A DNA stretch of 64,000 nucleotides from Eledone cirrhosa (Eukaryota): positions 6,944,001 to 7,008,000 of the forward strand of contig OZ024746.1 in the NCBI GenBank assembly GCA_964016885.1, written 5' to 3'. Of this stretch, positions 39,868-52,783 are shown one piece after another. The number at the start of each line of letters is the position of its first letter. The stretch's first letter is position 1. The notes under the pieces were generated by a model. It was not told the origin of the DNA, searched no databases, and saw only the letters and a list, made by a program, of their open reading frames with translations. The position numbers and the translations under genes were made by a program.

Positions 39868-40290
39868 CTGAAAAAGAAAAACACAAAAATTTACATAAAA
39901 TGATAAAAAAGAAAATTTTCTTTCTTCAAATATATCTTGCCAAAGAAGATAGTATGATAAATCTCTTATATTTAGAATTTACTTGATAAGAAATCTCAGA
40001 TTTCTTTGTGAAATCTTTTCTCATGGTTTAATTATATTAATGTTTTGTTCATTTTCTTAATCACACTAATATTATGCTTTTTATACAAACATGAATGTTT
40101 TCTTATTGTTTGCAATATAGTCATTTTTACAACTGTGTTTCCATGCTAACATATTTAAAATCATTTTTATCAGTTTACATCTACTTTCCATATTAGCATG
40201 GGTTGACCATGTTGCCACAGTCTAAAAATAGACAGGTTGGAAAGACTTCATCTTACTCATACATTCCATATTTGGCATGGTTTCTACATC

Positions 40291-41377
40291 GTCTACCATA
40301 AAGTCTACCGTATAACCTATTACCTACCAACAAAACACAGGTCAACATTGTCTACCGTAAAGTCTACCGTATAACCTATTACCTACCAACAAAACACAGG
40401 TCAACATTGTCTACCATAAAGTCTACCGTATAACCTATTACCTACCAACAAAACACAGGTCAACATTGTCTACCATAAAGTCTACCGTATAACCTATTAC
40501 CTACCAACAAAACACAGGTCAACATTGTCTACCGTAAAGTCTACCGTATAACCTATTACCTACCAACAAAACACAGGTCAACATTGTCTACCATAAAGTC
40601 TACCGTATAACCTATTACCTACCAACAAAACACAGGTCAACATTGTCTACCGTAAAGTCTACCGTATAACCTATTACCTACCAACAAAACACAGGTCAAC
40701 ATTGTCTACCGTAAAGTCTACCGTATAACCTATTACCTACCAACAAAACACAGGTCAACATTGTCTACCGTAAAGTCTACCGTATAACCTATTACCTACC
40801 AACAAAACACAGGTCAACATTGTCTACCGTAAAGTCTACCGTATAACCTATTACCTACCAACAAAACACAGGTCAACATTGTCTACCATAAAGTCTACCG
40901 TATAACCTATTACCTACCAACAAAACACAGGTCAACATTGTCTACCATAAAGTCTACCGTATAACCTATTACCTACCAACAAAACACAGGTCAACATTGT
41001 CTACCATAAAGTCTACCGTATAACCTATTACCTACCAACAAAACACAGGTCAACATTGTCTACCGTAAAGTCTACCGTATAACCTATTACCTACCAACAA
41101 AACACAGGTCAACATTGTCTACCATAAAGTCTACCGTATAACCTATTACCTACCAACAAAACACAGGTCAACATTGTCTACCATAAAGTCTACCGTATAA
41201 CCTATTACCTACCAACAAAACACAGGTCAACATTGTCTACCATAAAGTCTACCGTATAACCTATTACCTACCAACAAAACACAGGTCAACATTGTCTACC
41301 ATAAAGTCTACCGTATAACCTATTACCTACCAACAAAACACAGGTCAACATTGTCTACCATAAAGTCTACCGTATAA
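40291..41377. repeat. 59-bp minisatellite, about 18.4 copies, built from a CPSF1 exon 3' end plus its splice donor
   Basis: Minus-strand unit TTATACGGTAGACTTTAYGGTAGACAATGTTGACCTGTGTTTTGTTG|GTAGGTAATAGG. Confidence 0.95.
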
Positions 41378-41397
41378 ACTTCCATCGGGCGAATATC
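41331..41397 (-). CDS. CPSF1: CPSF160 exon overlapping the minisatellite
   Basis: ctctcag|DIRPMEVYTVDFMVDNVDLCFV|gtaggt; compare [22 protein letters not shown]; phases 0 and 1 fit the neighbouring exons. Confidence 0.93.
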
Positions 41398-41459
41398 CTG
41401 AGAGAGAAAAAAAAAGAAAGAAAACATTAACAGAATAAATAAACAGTTCTCTTAACTGA

Positions 41460-41856
41460 ATGATGGTGATGATGGTAATGATGATGGTAATGATGGTGAT
41501 GGTGGCGGTGGTGGTGGTGATGGTGGTGATGGTGGTGATGGTGGTGATGATGGTGATGGCGGTGATGGTGATGATGGTGATGGTGGTGATGGTGGTAATG
41601 ATGGTGATGGCGGTGATGGTGATAATGGTAGTGATGGTGGTGATGGTGATGGTGGTGGTGGTGATGGTGGTGGTGATGGTGATGGCAGTGATGGTGGTAA
41701 TGATGGTGATGGCAGTGATGGTAATGGTGATGGTAGTGATGATGGTGGTGATGGTGGTGATGGTAATGATGATGGTGGTGATGATGATGGTGATGATGGT
41801 GATGGTGATGGTAATGATGGTGATGATGGTGATGGTGATTGTGATGGTAATGATGT
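41460..41856. repeat. (GAT/GGT)n trinucleotide tract
   Basis: Direct inspection. Confidence 0.95.
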
Positions 41857-41936
41857 TGACATGACATTATAATGATAGCCACATACATGTACACAACTAA
41901 TTACTACATGATAAAATGCAATCATCATCATAAAGA

Positions 41937-42180
41937 AGTGTATGGGGTAGTGTATGGGGTAGTGTACGGGGTAGTGTATGGGGTAGTGTACGGGGTAGTG
42001 TATGGAGTAGTGTATGGGGTAGTGTATGGGGTAGTGTATGGGGTAGTGTATGGGGTAGTGTACGGGGTAGTGTACGGGGTAGTGTACGGGGTAGTGTATG
42101 GGGTAGTGTATGGAGTAGTGTATGGGGTAGTGTATGGGGTAGTGTATGGGGTAGTGTATGGGGTAGTGTATGGGGTAGTG
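41937..42180. repeat. 12-bp minisatellite (AGTGTATGGGGT), about 20 copies
   Basis: Direct inspection. Confidence 0.95.
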
Positions 42181-42209
42181 TTACCTCTAACAACAACCTA
42201 TCAACTTAC

Positions 42210-42386
42210 CCTGCTCACTAATGACAATACTTTCAGCTCCTCTTGGTATCGATAGACAGAAACACTCTTTAGTAAATCTCCAGCCAAGATGATATTCTTT
42301 AATGTACTAAGGGTATGAATATAAATGTATGTATCGATGAAAGCTACACCAGACAGATCGTTGTCTTTCAATGTCCAAATATAAAG
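42210..42386 (-). CDS. CPSF1: CPSF160 exon
   Basis: LYIWTLKDNDLSGVAFIDT...YRYQEELKVLSLVSR. Confidence 0.95.
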
Positions 42387-42612
42387 CTGAAAAATAAAAC
42401 AAAAAAACAAATCATCATCATCATCGTTTAACATCTATCTTCCACGCTAGCATATCGTAGTAAAGTCTGTCCTCTCAGGTTCAACAGGCCAGTGCTTTAC
42501 CCCCCCCCCCACCCCCCGGTTTCATTTTTAATCAGTGTTAAGTAACTCACATTACTAGACTCACCCCGGGACACATCCGTTACAAGTTTAACTCCCCCAG
42601 CTTCTGCTGATA

Positions 42613-42814
42613 TACGAGGGTCAACTGAACAGTTCATAGGTTGACTATGAATGAGTGATGCTAGAGCTGTGAAATCTTGCATGTATTAATTTCAACTCTT
42701 CTTATTAATAACTGCATTGTTTCTTTCCAAGGACTATGCTTAAAAATAAACCTCATTTGGTCATTCCATGAGAGTATCTTAGTCAGTCTATGAACTTTTC
42801 AGCCAACCCTCGTA
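42613..42814 (+). mobile_element. Mariner-type MITE with TA target duplication
   Basis: TA-CGAGGGTCAACTGAACAGTTCATAGG...CTATGAACTTTTCAGCCAACCCTCG-TA; partial inverted copy at 54077-54209. Confidence 0.85.
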
Positions 42815-43014
42815 GATTATTTTCAACCAAACCTGATGATTGATTTTTCAAATATTTGTGTTCAGTAAATTTTCACTTCATTTTTTTCCTTATATTATGA
42901 TTCTGTTTGATATATGAGTTTTATACATTTTTTTGCTTTAATTCACTATTTATATTAAATTTTTCTAAAAGAAATGTCTTATATGCCTTTTACAGCTCTG
43001 AAATTACATTGTTC

Positions 43015-43223
43015 TTGAAATAGAAATAGAAGCTGCACTGTAATATTTTTTTACTATAATATAGTCTAATAATGAGGCATATAAAGCCACTGAACAGAAC
43101 AAGATGGGTGTCAGCTCACATATGAGCTGACTCCCATCTTTTTCCATTCAGTGGGTTTATATGCCCCATTATTAGACTATATTATAGTAAAAAATATTAG
43201 TGCAGCTTCTATTTCTATTTCAA
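43015..43223. mobile_element. Fold-back element with about 100-bp arms
   Basis: Arms meet at CAGCTCA-cata-TGAGCTG; a related half copy lies at 39614-39745. Confidence 0.8.
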
Positions 43224-43285
43224 TTCTAAACTTCACTCACTGTGTCCCAAATATTTATTCTGTTTATATTGATGAAAAGTTTAAC

Positions 43286-43512
43286 TTAACCCTTTAGCAT
43301 TTACATTACTCTATATTTACTATTATATTTTCACCGTAAAAGCTTTACCTTACATACTTATCTCTCATAATATCGAATCTGAGATTTTGATGTTATTTAT
43401 TTTGAGTACAATACCTTAACATCAGTATGAGCAGCCAGGTACAGCCAGTTTGAACAGAAAGAGGTGAGAGAAATCTGGCCGGATATGGCTGGTTTAAATG
43501 CTAAAGGATTAA
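43286..43512. mobile_element. piggyBac-type MITE
   Basis: TTAA-CCCTTTAGCATTTA...TAAATGCTAAAGGA-TTAA. Confidence 0.65.
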
Positions 43513-43642
43513 TAAGAAAAATTGTTTACTTACAAATAAGTTTAAAACCTGCACCAGTCACAGGGAAATGGAGAGTTTAGTCTGTTCTTAGAGATTGACA
43601 GAAGGAATATAAAAATATGACAAATAAAGAGTTAAATGTTAC

Positions 43643-43726
43643 CTTCTGACCAATTGCAGATAATAGAAAACCTTCAACTTGAGCAAGAGCTGTAACAGGT
43701 CCTTTCTGTTCTTTTTCATAAATCAC
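43643..43726 (-). CDS. CPSF1: CPSF160 exon
   Basis: [28 protein letters not shown]. Confidence 0.95.
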
Positions 43727-44061
43727 CTAACAAGAATCAATAAAAACAAAACAATCAATAAGAATCAGAGAAAGAACATTGCCTTACTAAATATCAATAA
43801 ATGCAACCTATTAACCCTTTTGTTACCATTTCATCTAACCCATGCTAGTGTAGAAAAATGGGCAGTAAATTGTGATGATGATGATGATCTCTAATGAAAG
43901 ACACTGTCTATGATTTTCAAATAATTTTTAAAATAAATCCTTCCAAATACTTGATTATTTTCAAAATTATTTGATAATCAGACAGTGTTTTTCATTAGAA
44001 ATATAATGATGGAAGGGGTAAAAGTTGAAAACAAATAATGAATCAATGTTTTGAAACTAAC

Positions 44062-44130
44062 CTTGATTTTATTTTTCGTTAAAGGCTGTCCTGGTTCAGG
44101 GACCACCTCAATAATGTCAAAAATAATTAT
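44062..44130 (-). CDS. CPSF1: CPSF160 exon
   Basis: IIIFDIIEVVPEPGQPLTKNKIK, a hallmark CPSF1 motif. Confidence 0.97.
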
Positions 44131-44244
44131 CTGAAAATTAGAAAAAAGAAAAAAAAACAATTACATTTGAGTTACATAATAATCAGGAAGCCAAAGAAAA
44201 TATATTAAATGTCATACATATGTCACATATAATGTTTTACTTAC

Positions 44245-44386
44245 CCTACCACGAGATTGTACTTCTTCTCCTAATGAAAAATTAGTTCCCATAACACAGT
44301 AACCCTTATAACCAGAAAGGGTCCCTTCTGACCTCATAGAGACATTCACAAGTGTTGTAACATGCTCCCAATCCAAAAATTCAATC
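44245..44386 (-). CDS. CPSF1: CPSF160 exon
   Basis: IEFLDWEHVTTLVNVSMRSEGTLSGYKGY...GEEVQSRGR. Confidence 0.95.
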
Positions 44387-44410
44387 CTACAACAAAAATG
44401 TTTGTGTATG

Positions 44411-44442
<32 letters not shown>

Positions 44443-45826
44443 CATGCAAAAAGTAAACAGAAATAACAAAGCAAACAACACAGTACAATGAAGGAATATA
44501 TTAGTTTAACGCTTGATATAATAGGAAAAGGGTCTTTATGTTTCAGACACTAACCATTGGAAGATAGAATGAAAAGTTAAAAGATGAAATAGAAAGATAG
44601 AAAAAGAGGAGGAAAAAAACATTTTGAGAAAAGGCATGTATGTGTTCAATCAGCCTTCTTCTTCTTCTTCATCTTTGCCCACTTATTCCTCTCCATGCCA
44701 CTGATATTATCTAAGAGAAAGGTAATGGCCAATACAGCTTGACACCAGTGACGTTGCAACACATTTCTAAAGCTGAGTGAACTGGAGCAACATGAAATAA
44801 AGTGTCTTGCTCAAGAACACAACACACTTCCTGGTCCAGGAATCAAACCCAGAACCTCCCAATTGCAAGATTTAGAAGAAAAGAAATTAACTCTTAATAC
44901 CGAAACAACCCCTTAGCTTTATGATACAAAACTGTTTATTCCAAAGTATTTATATCTATCCAAAAATCTTCCATCATAATTTTATGTGAGAATATTTATG
45001 TTCCAAACACCAGCTTGGTAATGAGAAACTTAATTATATTATAACTATCCTCATCCTTGATTATTTTCAAAACTTCTTTGAAAATCATAATGAAAGAGTT
45101 AATGATATAATTTGTACCCCAGCATGACCATAATCCAATGAGTGGCATCAGTAGAATAATACCACCACCAACAACAACAAAATATTGAAATATATGACAG
45201 TGTCTATCCAATTCATTTTAATGGTCGTTTTCTCAACAGTCTATGTAATTTTCCAATAATAACTGCTGGCCTGGCTGCCAACCTCCCTGTTATCTTTTAA
45301 TCTGTAACTGAGATCTGAGATATAAGATGTAGCTATAACAATGAGAAACATGTCCACAATATGTAGCCATAACAATGAAGTAATATTTTACTGATATTTT
45401 TATTTGTATTTTCATAAAACTAAACATATGTGAAGACTTATGACAATGTTTTAGGTTAGAAACCAGGAGTTACAGACTAAATCAGTAAAGTGATTGTGAA
45501 ATCAAAGAGTTGTTTGTTTGTTTTAAAAAAATACAGACTGAAAAAAAGTTAGTATATTTTAATATCAACGTTGAAGTGAACAGATTATGAAATATAGTTG
45601 CCATAAACCCCTTTTTTACAACACCCATGTAGGGTAGAGAAGGTTCTTTAGTTGAATCAATGACCAACAACCTCTCTGGTACAGGTGCCATGAAAAATAT
45701 ACCCAGTAGATCCTGTAAGGTGGTTGACAATAGGAAAAGCATAGCGCTGTAGAAACCATTCCAATAAGGACTTGTGTGCCAAAAGCACGACAGCCTCTTT
45801 AGTGTGGGTGATCTACACAACAAATA

Positions 45827-46175
45827 CATCTAGTAGATCCTGTATGGCTGGATGACCACCACAACCACCATCATTACCACCTAGTAGATCCTGTATGGCT
45901 GGATGACCACCACAACCACCATCATTACCATCTAGTAGATCCTGTATGGCTGGATGACCACCACAACCACCATCATTACCATCTAGTAGATCCTGTATGG
46001 CTGGATGACCACCACAACCACCATCATTACCATCTAGTAGATCCTGTATGGCTGGATGACCACCACAACCACCATCATTACCATCTAGTAGATCCTGTAT
46101 GGCTGGATGACCACCACAACCACCATCATTACCATCTAGTAGATCCTGTATGGCTGGATGACCACCACAACCACC
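45827..46175. repeat. 51-bp minisatellite, about 6.8 copies
   Basis: CATCTAGTAGATCCTGTATGGCTGGATGACCACCACAACCACCATCATTAC. Confidence 0.95.
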
Positions 46176-46636
46176 ACCACAACCATCATCACTGTTTAAC
46201 GTCCATTTTTCCACGCTAGCATGGGTTAAACGTGTTGTCCCGTTGTGAGACAAATCAGATCAGGTGACTGTGTCTTGCTGATGCAGAACTGTTTCTGGCT
46301 TGGTTTCTACGGCTGGATACCAGTCCATTGCAGGGTTAAACCCCCAGCTATTACTGGTACTCATTTTCAGCTGAGTATACTGGAGCAACGTGAAAGTGTT
46401 TTGCACAAAATCACAACACACAACACAGGAATCAAACCCACAACATTATGATTGTAAGTCCAACACCCTTACCACTAAGCCATGTGCTTCCACATCCAAC
46501 ATATAAACCAGCATTAGAAACACTGACGTAAAATGATGACGATGGCAATGATGATGATATAAACATTTATAATTATATATTTAAACCAATAAAACACTTC
46601 CAACATATTAATGTCAGTGTTGAAGAAATTACTTAC

Positions 46637-46721
46637 TTTGTATTAGGGATGACCTCCCAGCTGACAGGTGAAAAAAGCTGTACACAATACTTTTCAGTCA
46701 TTGGATAAACAAACCGGTCAT
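46637..46721 (-). CDS. CPSF1: CPSF160 exon
   Basis: DDRFVYPMTEKYCVQLFSPVSWEVIPNTK. Confidence 0.95.
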
Positions 46722-46987
46722 CTAGAGAATCAAGGTGAAAACATCATTAACTCCCAACAAAGAGATTATCACAGACAGAAAAAATAATAATAATAATAAT
46801 AATTGTTTCTACTTTAGGCACAAGGCCAGCAATTACTCAGTGCATTACTGGTACTTTATTTTATTGACCCCGTAAGGATGAAAGGCAAAGTCTACCTCGG
46901 CGGGATTTGAACTCAGACCGTAAAGAGATGTAACTATGCTGGAAAGCATGGCGTCCGACCCTCTACCGATACTGCCAATCCACCACC

Positions 46988-47019
<32 letters not shown>

Positions 47020-47274
47020 TTTCTGATTTAGACACATGGCCAACAATTTGGGGGAGGGGAAAATCAATTAAATCGACCCCAGTGTGTTACTGGTACTTTA
47101 TTTTATCAACCCCGTAAGGATGAAAGACAAAGCTAACCTCAGCCGGATTTGAACTCAGAACTGACTTTAAATAATGGTTTCTAATATAGGCATATGGCCA
47201 GAAAGTTTGGGGAGGGAGGGGAGATAGGAAACAATTTAATCAATTAAGAAACGGGGAGGTAAGAATAAACAAAC

Positions 47275-47365
47275 CTCGATCAATGATTTCAAATTCTCTT
47301 TCATCAGTGGTGGTTTTTGGCAGCTTGTTAGAAGGTTCTTGAGCACTGCTGACAACAGCATACGT
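47275..47365 (-). CDS. CPSF1: CPSF160 exon
   Basis: TYAVVSSAQEPSNKLPKTTTDEREFEIIDR. Confidence 0.9.
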
Positions 47366-47539
47366 CTATATGATAGGAAAATACAAGTAAATAGATCAAT
47401 ATTTAAAGGGAGAACCAATATATGATCAGGAGAAATAAAAATTATTGGTGCCTATTTTATCAATGGTAATGGATCACAGGATGTCACGCTTAGCTGGAAT
47501 TAAACTTTCCCTTTTAGCTATATGGAAAGAGGATGTCAC

Positions 47540-47825
47540 CATCATCATTGTTTTTATGTCCATTTTTCCACGCTAGCATGGGTTGGACAGGTCCTTCTCA
47601 GCACAGCATCTCTCTACTTGTCATATTCCTTCATCATCTATGTGGTCTCTGATTTGAGGTCAGTTCTTACCACCTCTGCCCAGTCTTTCTTGGTCATCCT
47701 CTACTGCGGCTTCCTTCCACTGAGATTTCCTGGCATTTCTTCACCCAGCAATCATTGTCCATACCAACACAGTCTCCATCTCTCCTGTACACCACCTCGG
47801 ATTCCTCTTAAACCCAGCTTCTCTC
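47540..47825 (-). mobile_element. RTE LINE 3' fragment
   Basis: REKLGLRGIRGGVQERWRLCWYG..RG*PRKTWAEVV followed by the RTE tail. Confidence 0.75.
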
Positions 47826-48866
47826 TCAGAATAATATAAATACCATACATATACGTAGGTGTACATGTGAGTGTGTATATATATAAATGCTTGTATGTAT
47901 GTATGTATATATATAAATGCTTATATGTATGTACATGTGTGTGTGTATATATAAATGTGTGTGTGTGTGTATATATAAATGTGTGCGTGTGTGTGTGTGT
48001 GTGTGTATAAATGCATGTATGTATATGTGTGTGTATATATAAGTGTATGTATGTACATGTGTGTAGTTGTTTAGTCCCAGGTCAGTTCTGATCAAGCCAA
48101 CCTCTGATCAAAGGTATTCCATTCTGAGTATTTCTAGGACTACATTCCCTTGTGTCTCCAACCTGTTTTATGACAACAAGGTGCGATTTGAGGGAGATTA
48201 GGTTGTTATTTCTACCAGAACAAGCAACCATGTAAAGGCTTCTCATGAAGGAATGGTCACATGGTTAAAGTATTATTAGACTGGGAGCTCTCTTGTTATG
48301 AGCCCAAATCTCCTATAAACCAATATTGGCTAGCTAGATAATTACTTTTACAGGCTAAGACTAAGGCTAAAGTCTGTCTCAAACGACAAGGCTCGTTAGG
48401 CCAGTGCTGATCCCAGTTTCATGGTGTGAAGTGACAGAGTACAAGACTTCCTTCTGGACGAGATGCCAGTCCATCGCAGGGTTAAAACCCCAGTTATTGC
48501 TGGTACTCATTTTCAGCTGAGTATACTGGAGCAACGTGAAATGAAGTGTTTGTTCAAGAATACAACACACAACCCAGCCAAGGAATTGAACCCACGATAT
48601 TATGATCATAAGTCCAACACCCTTACTACTAGGCCATGCACCTTCTACATTTACAGGTATTATATAATCTGTGAGGAGAAAAAGCACAAAATCTCTTAGG
48701 AAATATTGCTGGGCTTCATGAACTTGTAATATAGCAACAAGAAGCCATTTTAATGGGTGTTGAGGAACCCTGCAGTTGTTGCTACACAACTTCATGTGAG
48801 GTTATTTCATTTCAATGTGATTGTTGTTTTAAATTCAGGGCACAATTTAACATCAAATGAACTTAC

Positions 48867-48983
48867 CTTACTTTCAGGATGATAAACAACAAAATAGGGG
48901 GTAGATCTTAAAGGCACTTTTCTAACGGGCCATGGTGAATCGTAAGTAAGATGAGTTGGTAAAACACATATCCGTAGCTCACC
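48867..48983 (-). CDS. CPSF1: CPSF160 exon
   Basis: [39 protein letters not shown]. Confidence 0.97.
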
Positions 48984-49121
48984 CTAAATTAAACAGAAAA
49001 ATATAATAATTAATCACCATCATCATCACTATCATTTTTACGTCCATTTTTTTCCACGCTCGCATGAGTTGGACGAGTATCAAGATTAAAACAAAACAAT
49101 TGTTCCTGCGGAGTGGCCTGA

Positions 49122-49700
49122 CCAACTCCACCCCTGATAGTAAAGAGTAGGGAGGTGGCCCAGAGCTTGCTGCTGCAGGTTGACCAACTCCACCCCTGAT
49201 AGTAAAGAGTAGGGAGGTGGCCCAGAGCTTGCTGCTGCAGGCTGGCCAACTCCACCCCTGATAGTAAAGAGTAAGGAGGTGGCCCAGAGCTTGCTGCTGC
49301 AGGCTGGCCAACTCCACCCCTGATAGTAAAGAGTAGGGAGGTGGCCCAGAGCTTGCTGCTGCAGGCTGGCCAACTCCACCCCTGATAGTAAAGAGTAAGG
49401 AGGTGGCCCAGAGCTTGCTGCTGCAGGCTGGCCAACTCCACCCCTGATAGTAAAGAGTAGGGAGGTGGCCCAGAGCTTGCTGCTGCAGGCTGGCCAACTC
49501 CACCCCTGATAGTAAAGAGTAGGGAGGTGGCCCAGAGCTTGCTGCTGCAGGCTGGCCAACTCCACCCCTGATAGTAAAGAGTAGGGAGGTGGTCGAGGGC
49601 TTGCTCCTGCAGGCTGGCCAACTCCACCCCTGATAGTAAAGAGTAGGGAGGTGGTCGAGGGCTTGCTCCTGCAGGCTGGCCAACTCCACCCCTGATAGTA
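49122..49700. repeat. GC-rich 62-bp minisatellite, about 9.3 copies
   Basis: CCAACTCCACCCCTGATAGTAAAGAGTAGGGAGGTGGCCCAGAGCTTGCTGCTGCAGGCTGG. Confidence 0.95.
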
Positions 49701-49876
49701 GTGGTCCATACGTCCTCCCTCCTCTTACCATCAATTTTTTGTCACATATTCCTGGACTTATATTCAAATATATACAGTAAATCAAACTGAAGTCAGTGCC
49801 CCAGCATTCCTGCAGTCCAATGACTGGAAACATCAAAGAATAAAAGTTATGTAGCAAAAAACAAAAATCAACTTAC

Positions 49877-50029
49877 AGCTTTGTTGAAATATAAGAAACC
49901 TTTTGGGCAGTTGATGTTATGGAAAGGAGCAAAACATGTAATCGGTCCATCAATGTTCATAGGGTGAATTCGAAGGGAACCTCGAGCAGTCATGATAATC
50001 CAATGGGGGTATGCTCCACATATAAAAAC
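49877..50029 (-). CDS. CPSF1: CPSF160 exon
   Basis: [51 protein letters not shown]. Confidence 0.97.
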
Positions 50030-51257
50030 CTAAGAAGATAACCAATATGGTATATGATTAAAAATAATTTGTAATAACTTACTTAATTAACAAACTTATC
50101 ATTACGAGATAAAGTGTGTAGCTTGGAGATCAGAGTCACTCCAGGTAGAGACACTACTTCTCCAAATTGAGAGATCACAGCTCCGATATTACAGATATGT
50201 GGTTAGAATGTCTTAGGAAATAATTGCTGGACAGATTTCATGAGCAAAACCAACAGGCAGGAGACCCGTATGACCTGGTATTGCTCACAACAGGATAACT
50301 CATGTAACCCATGCCAGCGTGGTAAAATTGACGTTAAACGGTAATGATGATGATGATGATGAATTTAAGCACAAGTCCAGCAAATTTGGAGGAAAGGTAA
50401 AGTCGATTAAATGAACCCCAGTATCTGACTGGAACTTTATTCTAGCAATTCTTAAAGGCAAATTTGACCTCAGCAAGATCTGAATTCAAAATGTAAAGAT
50501 CAGAACAAATACTATAAAGGTATCTATTCCGGCGCTCTACCAATTCTGCTAATCCACCACACTAAACTAAGTTAATATTGACAAGCTCAATAATATTTGC
50601 AGGACATGTATTTTTATGAAGATAATTTGTAGTTTTTGTTGAGAAAAATCAAGAACAATCAAAAATGTTTTGAATAGATGAACAGATTAGTAGAAATGGG
50701 CAAAATCTTTGAAATATTTTAAAGAATCTACTTCCTTGTGGGCAAAAGAAAAGAAATAATGATTAGAAGTTTATATTTTACAATCTTCTTTTAAAATTCT
50801 TATCAGTTACGAAATAGAAATATAGACTTCTAAATATAAAAAAAAAGAGAGAGAAAAATTACGTTTTGGGGTTAAACAGAATTTTTCTAAAAATCTCTTA
50901 TTTTGCAGCATAACTGAAAATACTCCATTACATTACAAATATAAATCAGCTTTAAAAACCTTTGCTAAAATGTTTTCATAAACTCAAAACTATAATTCTT
51001 CTCATCATCATCAGCATTTAACGTCCATTTTCCCATGCTAGCATGGGTTAGATGAGTTATCCCATTGTGAGACAAGCCAGATCAAGTGACCATGTCTTGC
51101 TCATACAGAACTGATTTTGGCGTGGTTTCTATGGCTGAATGCCCACAGCAACCAAATTGACAGTGTGTACTGGGTGCTTTTTGTCGTTACATATACATGA
51201 CCACTGTACAGTGTGGAGCATTCTCTATAAATATGCCAACATGACCACTTTAAAGAG

Positions 51258-51425
51258 TGTGGTGCGGTGCAGTGTGGCGCGGTGTAGTGTGGTGTGGTGT
51301 GGTGTAGTGTGGTGTAGTGTGGTGTGGTGTAGTGTGGTGTAGTGTGGTGTGGTGTGGTGTGGTGTGGTGTAGTGTGGTGTAGTGTGGTCTGGTGTGGTGT
51401 AGTGTGATGTGGTGTAGTGTGGTGT
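51258..51425. repeat. (GTGTG/GTGTA)n pentamer repeat
   Basis: Direct inspection. Confidence 0.9.
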
Positions 51426-51670
51426 ATGTGACCTATTGTCACACTTGGTGGTAAATTGATGGTTGTTTTTGTTTATTTAACCATATATTTTAGTACATTA
51501 TATTTGTGAGGTTCCTAGCAATAATTCTATTTATTATGTTTATATTATGTTTATATTTGTTTTTATATTTTCAATCTGTAAGAACTATAAACAATATGTA
51601 ATATTATTTATAGAACTGTGGATAATACAAGCTGAACAACAACAACAGCTGTCAAAGATTACCAACCTAC

Positions 51671-51904
51671 CCCAGAATAACCAGTTATATCCTCAAAGTA
51701 GCGCATCAAACAAACATGACTTTCTTTCAGGATTCCAACATCCTCGGTGGCTTCTGTTCCTTTTTTACGTGCACGAGATGATTTCTTGTCTCGGAGAATA
51801 AGATTGTGTTGAATTTTCTTGAATCTGATTTTCAAGTGGTTATCAATTTGAGTTTGGTAAAATGGAAAAGCTTCATATAATAGCAAGTCTTCATCCACTC
51901 GAGC
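51671..51904 (-). CDS. CPSF1: CPSF160 exon
   Basis: ARVDEDLLLYEAFPF..HLKIRFKK...MRYFEDITGYSG. Confidence 0.95.
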
Positions 51905-52599
51905 CTGGAAAATAGAACAGAAAGAAATGTTATATCATCATCATCACCGTTTTACATCCGTTCTTCCATGCTAGCATGGGTTAGACGGTTTGCCCTGTTG
52001 TGGGCAGTGTCGGGTCGGCTGACCTTGTCTTGCACATACGGGAACTGATTCTGGCTTGATTTCTACAGCTGGATGCCCTTCCTAACACCAACCTCATTTA
52101 CAGTGAGTGCTGGGTGCTTTTTTTCCGTGGCACCTACACGTCCACTTTACAGTGTGGGCTGGGTGCTTTTTTGCCGTGGCACCTCCATGACCACTTTGCA
52201 GTGGGAGGGGTGGGGGCATATTCTCTATATGCTTCAGCTTCGGCTTGTACCCGTTATATATGTTTATGTATTTGTTCTGCAAGATTCTTGATGTGAAAGC
52301 ATGTGTTCAAACTGATATATTTGGGGGTGGTCACACTGTCAATACTGACAGTAGAAAGAAACACACACACCACTTTATCTTTATTGTTTGTTATTCATTT
52401 GTTTACCAAAGACAAGATGGAGTAGAAGTTTACGACCAGAAAAAAAGAGGAGGCACAAAACAGATAGTCATTGAGGAGGTCACAGAATGTGACGAAAGAA
52501 CTTTGACAAATGAATAATGAACAATAAAGGTAAAGACAAAGTGAAAGGATTTAAAGAAAAGTTGAGCTTTAATTTGTTATTTTAAAGAAGGAAACTTAC

Positions 52600-52717
52600 C
52601 AATAAATGAGGGCGTGAATTGCGACAACCAAGTCCTACCAATAATAACTCCTTAATAACTGGCATATCACCAATAACTTTTTCTTGTCGGTCACTACTGC
52701 TACTTGTATTGCTCATA
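52600..52717 (-). CDS. CPSF1: CPSF160 exon
   Basis: MSNTSSSSDRQEKVIGDMPVIKELLLVGLGCRNSRPHLL. Confidence 0.9.
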
Positions 52718-52752
52718 CTGAAAATTAAAAAAAATATTGTTCTGGTTTTGGG

Positions 52753-52783
<31 letters not shown>

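Noticed and set aside
40291-41377. CRISPR-like regular array (also 9252, 45827 and 49122)
   Set aside because: Head-to-tail repeats without unique spacers, no cas genes, eukaryotic intron context
41427-41931. Poly-His and Pro-Ser ORFs (also 61431-61787)
   Set aside because: Intronic trinucleotide tracts; the true exons end at GT donors before them
48979-49857. 292-aa ORF and overlapping ORFs
   Set aside because: A 62-bp minisatellite open in all three minus frames, inside a CPSF1 intron
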